From Bdellovibrionales bacterium (GTDB lineage Bacteria > Bdellovibrionota > Bdellovibrionia > Bdellovibrionales > UBA1609): a stretch of DNA of 64,000 nucleotides. The stretch lies in the NCBI GenBank assembly GCA_965203095.1, contig OZ241877.1:1533518-1597517 (forward strand). Reading direction: 5' to 3'. This document shows, in pieces, positions 62,064 through 64,000 of this stretch (its first letter is position 1; the number at the start of each line of letters is the position of its first letter). The notes beneath the pieces are model-generated. The model did not search any database. It was given only the letters and a program-made list of their open reading frames with translations, and had not been told where the DNA came from. The position numbers and the translations under genes were made by a program.

Positions 62064-62131
62064 TTTTTTTAAAAAATTAAGTTTTGTTTAAAGGTTCAGT
62101 AGGCTAAAACTTGACTTTTAGCCTGTTTTTA
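62064..62131 (+). repeat. Third, truncated copy of the paralogue upstream region (orphan promoter fragment)
   Basis: TTTTTTTAAAAAATTAAGTTTTGTTTAAAGGTTCAGTAGGCTAAAACTTGACTTTTAGCCTGTTTTTA matches 60942-61009 and breaks off at the -10 position. Confidence 0.75.
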
Positions 62132-62274
62132 TAGTGTTTCCAGTAAGAACAGGAGTTTGGAGGCTTGCTTTTCCTGTCATACAAGCCAGCTGAAGTTGGA
62201 ACCATGAATCTTTTTTAAAATGGCCATATCTAAAAAATTGACTTTTTTTAAGTTTTTTGTCATTTTTTCCCTGT

Positions 62275-63462
62275 ATGGAAATAAAATTTTTAAGGGATTT
62301 TGATTTTAAAGACAAAAATGTTTTTATGAGAGTGGATTTTAATGTCCCTTTAGAAAAAGGACAAATCATTGACTCCCATCGCATTGAAAAAAGCTGGCCC
62401 AGCATTCAGTTTATTTTAGAAAGAGGTGGGCGGTTGTTATTGGCCTCTCATTTGGCTCGCCCCGGAGGTCAAAAAGTTCCTCATCTTTCTTTAAAACCTG
62501 TGGCTCAGCTATTGAGTGAGAAAAAAAATCTGGAAGTTTTATTTGTGGAAGAACCGGAAAGCTCTGCCCCTCGGAGGCTTTTTCCCAGTTTAAAAAGTCA
62601 TCAGGTGCTTTTGCTGGAAAATTTGAGATTTCACCCCGGTGAGGAAAGCTCTGACCCTCTTTTTGCAAAGCAACTGGCCAGTTATACGGACATTTATATC
62701 AATGAGGCCTTTAGTCTCTCTCATAGGGAAAATACCAGTGTCACCCTCTTGCCCGCCCGGTTATCTCACAAGGGAATGGGGATAATGTTTGAAAGGGAAA
62801 TTCAGCATTTGGATCCCATCCGAAGGGGCCAGGCAAAAAAGCCTTTTTTGGTCATATCTGGAGGAAGCAAGTTGAAAGATAAAATCCCCTTGTTAGAGAC
62901 TTTAGTGGATTCAGCAGATGAATTTCTTATTGGAGGCTTAATGGCTTACACTTTTTTAAAGGCTTTAAAGCAACCCGTAGGTTCCACTTTTGTAGAAAAG
63001 AACTGCTTTTGTCAGGTTATTGATTTTATGGATCGAGTAAAGGGTAGGGGAAAGAGTTTTTTTCTTCCAATAGATCATGTTGTGGAATATAAAGGCCAGG
63101 TGAAAACTTTAAATGATTTTAAAGCCAGGCCAGAGGCTGTGGGTCGGGATATAGGGCCTGAAACCTTAAAGCTTTTTCAAAAAAGAATCCAAAGGGCAGG
63201 CTCTATTTTTTGGAATGGGCCTTTGGGCCTTTTTGAAAAAAAAGAGTTTCGAAAAGGCACTCAGTCTCTCCTTCAGTCAGTTGCAAATCACTCCTCAGCT
63301 TATCGCTTAGTGGGGGGTGGCCATTCGGCTCTATTTGCAAGGGATTTTGAGTCGGAATTGGATCATATTTCCACAGGTGGCGGGGCCAGCCTTTCTTATT
63401 TGCAGGGGAAAAGTTTACCCGGGATAAAAAGCTTGCTCCCTGAATCAATAAGAGGCCAATAA
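62275..63462 (+). CDS. pgk: Phosphoglycerate kinase
   Basis: The N-terminus is MEIKFLRDFDFKDKNVFMRVDFNVPL. The C-terminus STGGGASLSYLQGKSLPG is canonical. Confidence 0.9.
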   Translation: MEIKFLRDFDFKDKNVFMRVDFNVPLEKGQIIDSHRIEKSWPSIQFILERGGRLLLASHLARPGGQKVPHLSLKPVAQLLSEKKNLEVLFVEEPESSAPRRLFPSLKSHQVLLLENLRFHPGEESSDPLFAKQLASYTDIYINEAFSLSHRENTSVTLLPARLSHKGMGIMFEREIQHLDPIRRGQAKKPFLVISGGSKLKDKIPLLETLVDSADEFLIGGLMAYTFLKALKQPVGSTFVEKNCFCQVIDFMDRVKGRGKSFFLPIDHVVEYKGQVKTLNDFKARPEAVGRDIGPETLKLFQKRIQRAGSIFWNGPLGLFEKKEFRKGTQSLLQSVANHSSAYRLVGGGHSALFARDFESELDHISTGGGASLSYLQGKSLPGIKSLLPESIRGQ

Positions 63463-63467
63463 ATAAA

Positions 63468-64000
63468 ATGATTGTTGCCGCAAATTGGAAAATGAGTATG
63501 GGGTTTAAAAAGGCTCTGGAGTTTTTGTCTCGTTTTAGCCAACTCACAAAGGGCCAAGCGAGGGAAGGTTTTATTTTTTTCCCCCCTATCTGTTTGTCTG
63601 CTCTATTTCAAAAAAGGAATTTTTATTGGGGTGGGCAAAATATTCACTATCAAAAACAAGGGGCTTGGACAGGGGAGACCTCAGCTCAAACTTTAAAGGA
63701 AATGGGAGCTTGTTTTTGCCTTCTTGGGCACAGTGAGCGTCGCCAAGCTTTTAGGGAGTCCCATAGTGATTTGGAAAAAAAGTTTCTCCTTTTACAGGAG
63801 CTGGCTTTAATTCCAGTTTTATGTGTTGGCGAAGATCTAAAAAATCGAAAAAACAAAGAAAAGGTTTTAAAAAAACAGCTTTCCATAATCAAAAACTTTA
63901 TGAAAAACAAAAAAGCTTTTCCCACTGGCCCCAGCCTGGCTTTTAAAGCTCTCTCTTTAATTGTGGCTTATGAGCCGGTTTGGGCGATAGGCTCTAACAA
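63468..64000 (+). CDS. tpiA: Triosephosphate isomerase (3' end lies outside the window)
   Basis: MIVAANWKM..., GHSERR, and AYEPVWAIGS at the window edge. This ORF is absent from the ORF track because it has no stop within the window. Confidence 0.85.
   Translation, partial: MIVAANWKMSMGFKKALEFLSRFSQLTKGQAREGFIFFPPICLSALFQKRNFYWGGQNIHYQKQGAWTGETSAQTLKEMGACFCLLGHSERRQAFRESHSDLEKKFLLLQELALIPVLCVGEDLKNRKNKEKVLKKQLSIIKNFMKNKKAFPTGPSLAFKALSLIVAYEPVWAIGSN

Noticed and set aside
1-64000. tRNA, rRNA, tmRNA or RNase P genes, transposases, integrases, prophage genes
   Set aside because: Visual scanning found no T-arm- or cloverleaf-like consensus and no recognisable recombinase ORF. tRNAscan-SE or Infernal should be run to confirm, because detection by eye is weak.

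Overview
This window is AT-rich chromosomal DNA from a diderm (Gram-negative type) bacterium; I cannot name the taxon from sequence alone. Most of it is housekeeping. The recognisable genes are thrS-infC, murF, GspG/H-like pseudopilins, prfB with its +1 frameshift, lolC/D, bamA-skp, ribF, pilB-pilT-pilC with a kinase-like gene, erpA, dapF, a peptide ABC transporter, fusA, zapA, 5-FCL, rny, rplU-rpmA-obg-nadD, ung, mpg, tolB, an antiporter, and pgk-tpiA. Between the pseudopilin genes and prfB (about 4.9-20.5 kb) lies a one-strand accessory or defence island. It holds a complete Type I R-M system (hsdR/M/S), an orphan membrane protein, a Schlafen/AlbA_2-HATPase protein, a TIR/NDT-like protein, a HEPN-MNT pair, a Zn-ribbon/DUF4145-like protein, an hsdS relic, a large Rx4H protein and a Fic protein. 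No recombinase gene is present. The most unusual content is non-coding and falls into three interspersed repeat families. R1 is a dRS3-like palindrome, ATTCCCGC-N4/5-GCGGGAAT. It marks cassette junctions in the island, sits in-frame inside hsdS, and forms a spacer-less 6 x 28-bp tandem array. R2 is a TIR-bounded hairpin element of about 140-160 bp with an invariant loop and covarying stems. R3 is a 40-50-bp direct repeat that brackets the R-M operon. Other oddities are a G11 tract in a secreted-protein gene, a 42-bp x 8 repeat tail on L21, tandem secreted paralogues with divergent C-termini, and a compositionally mosaic large secreted protein. I saw no tRNA or rRNA genes, CRISPR-cas loci or transposase genes.
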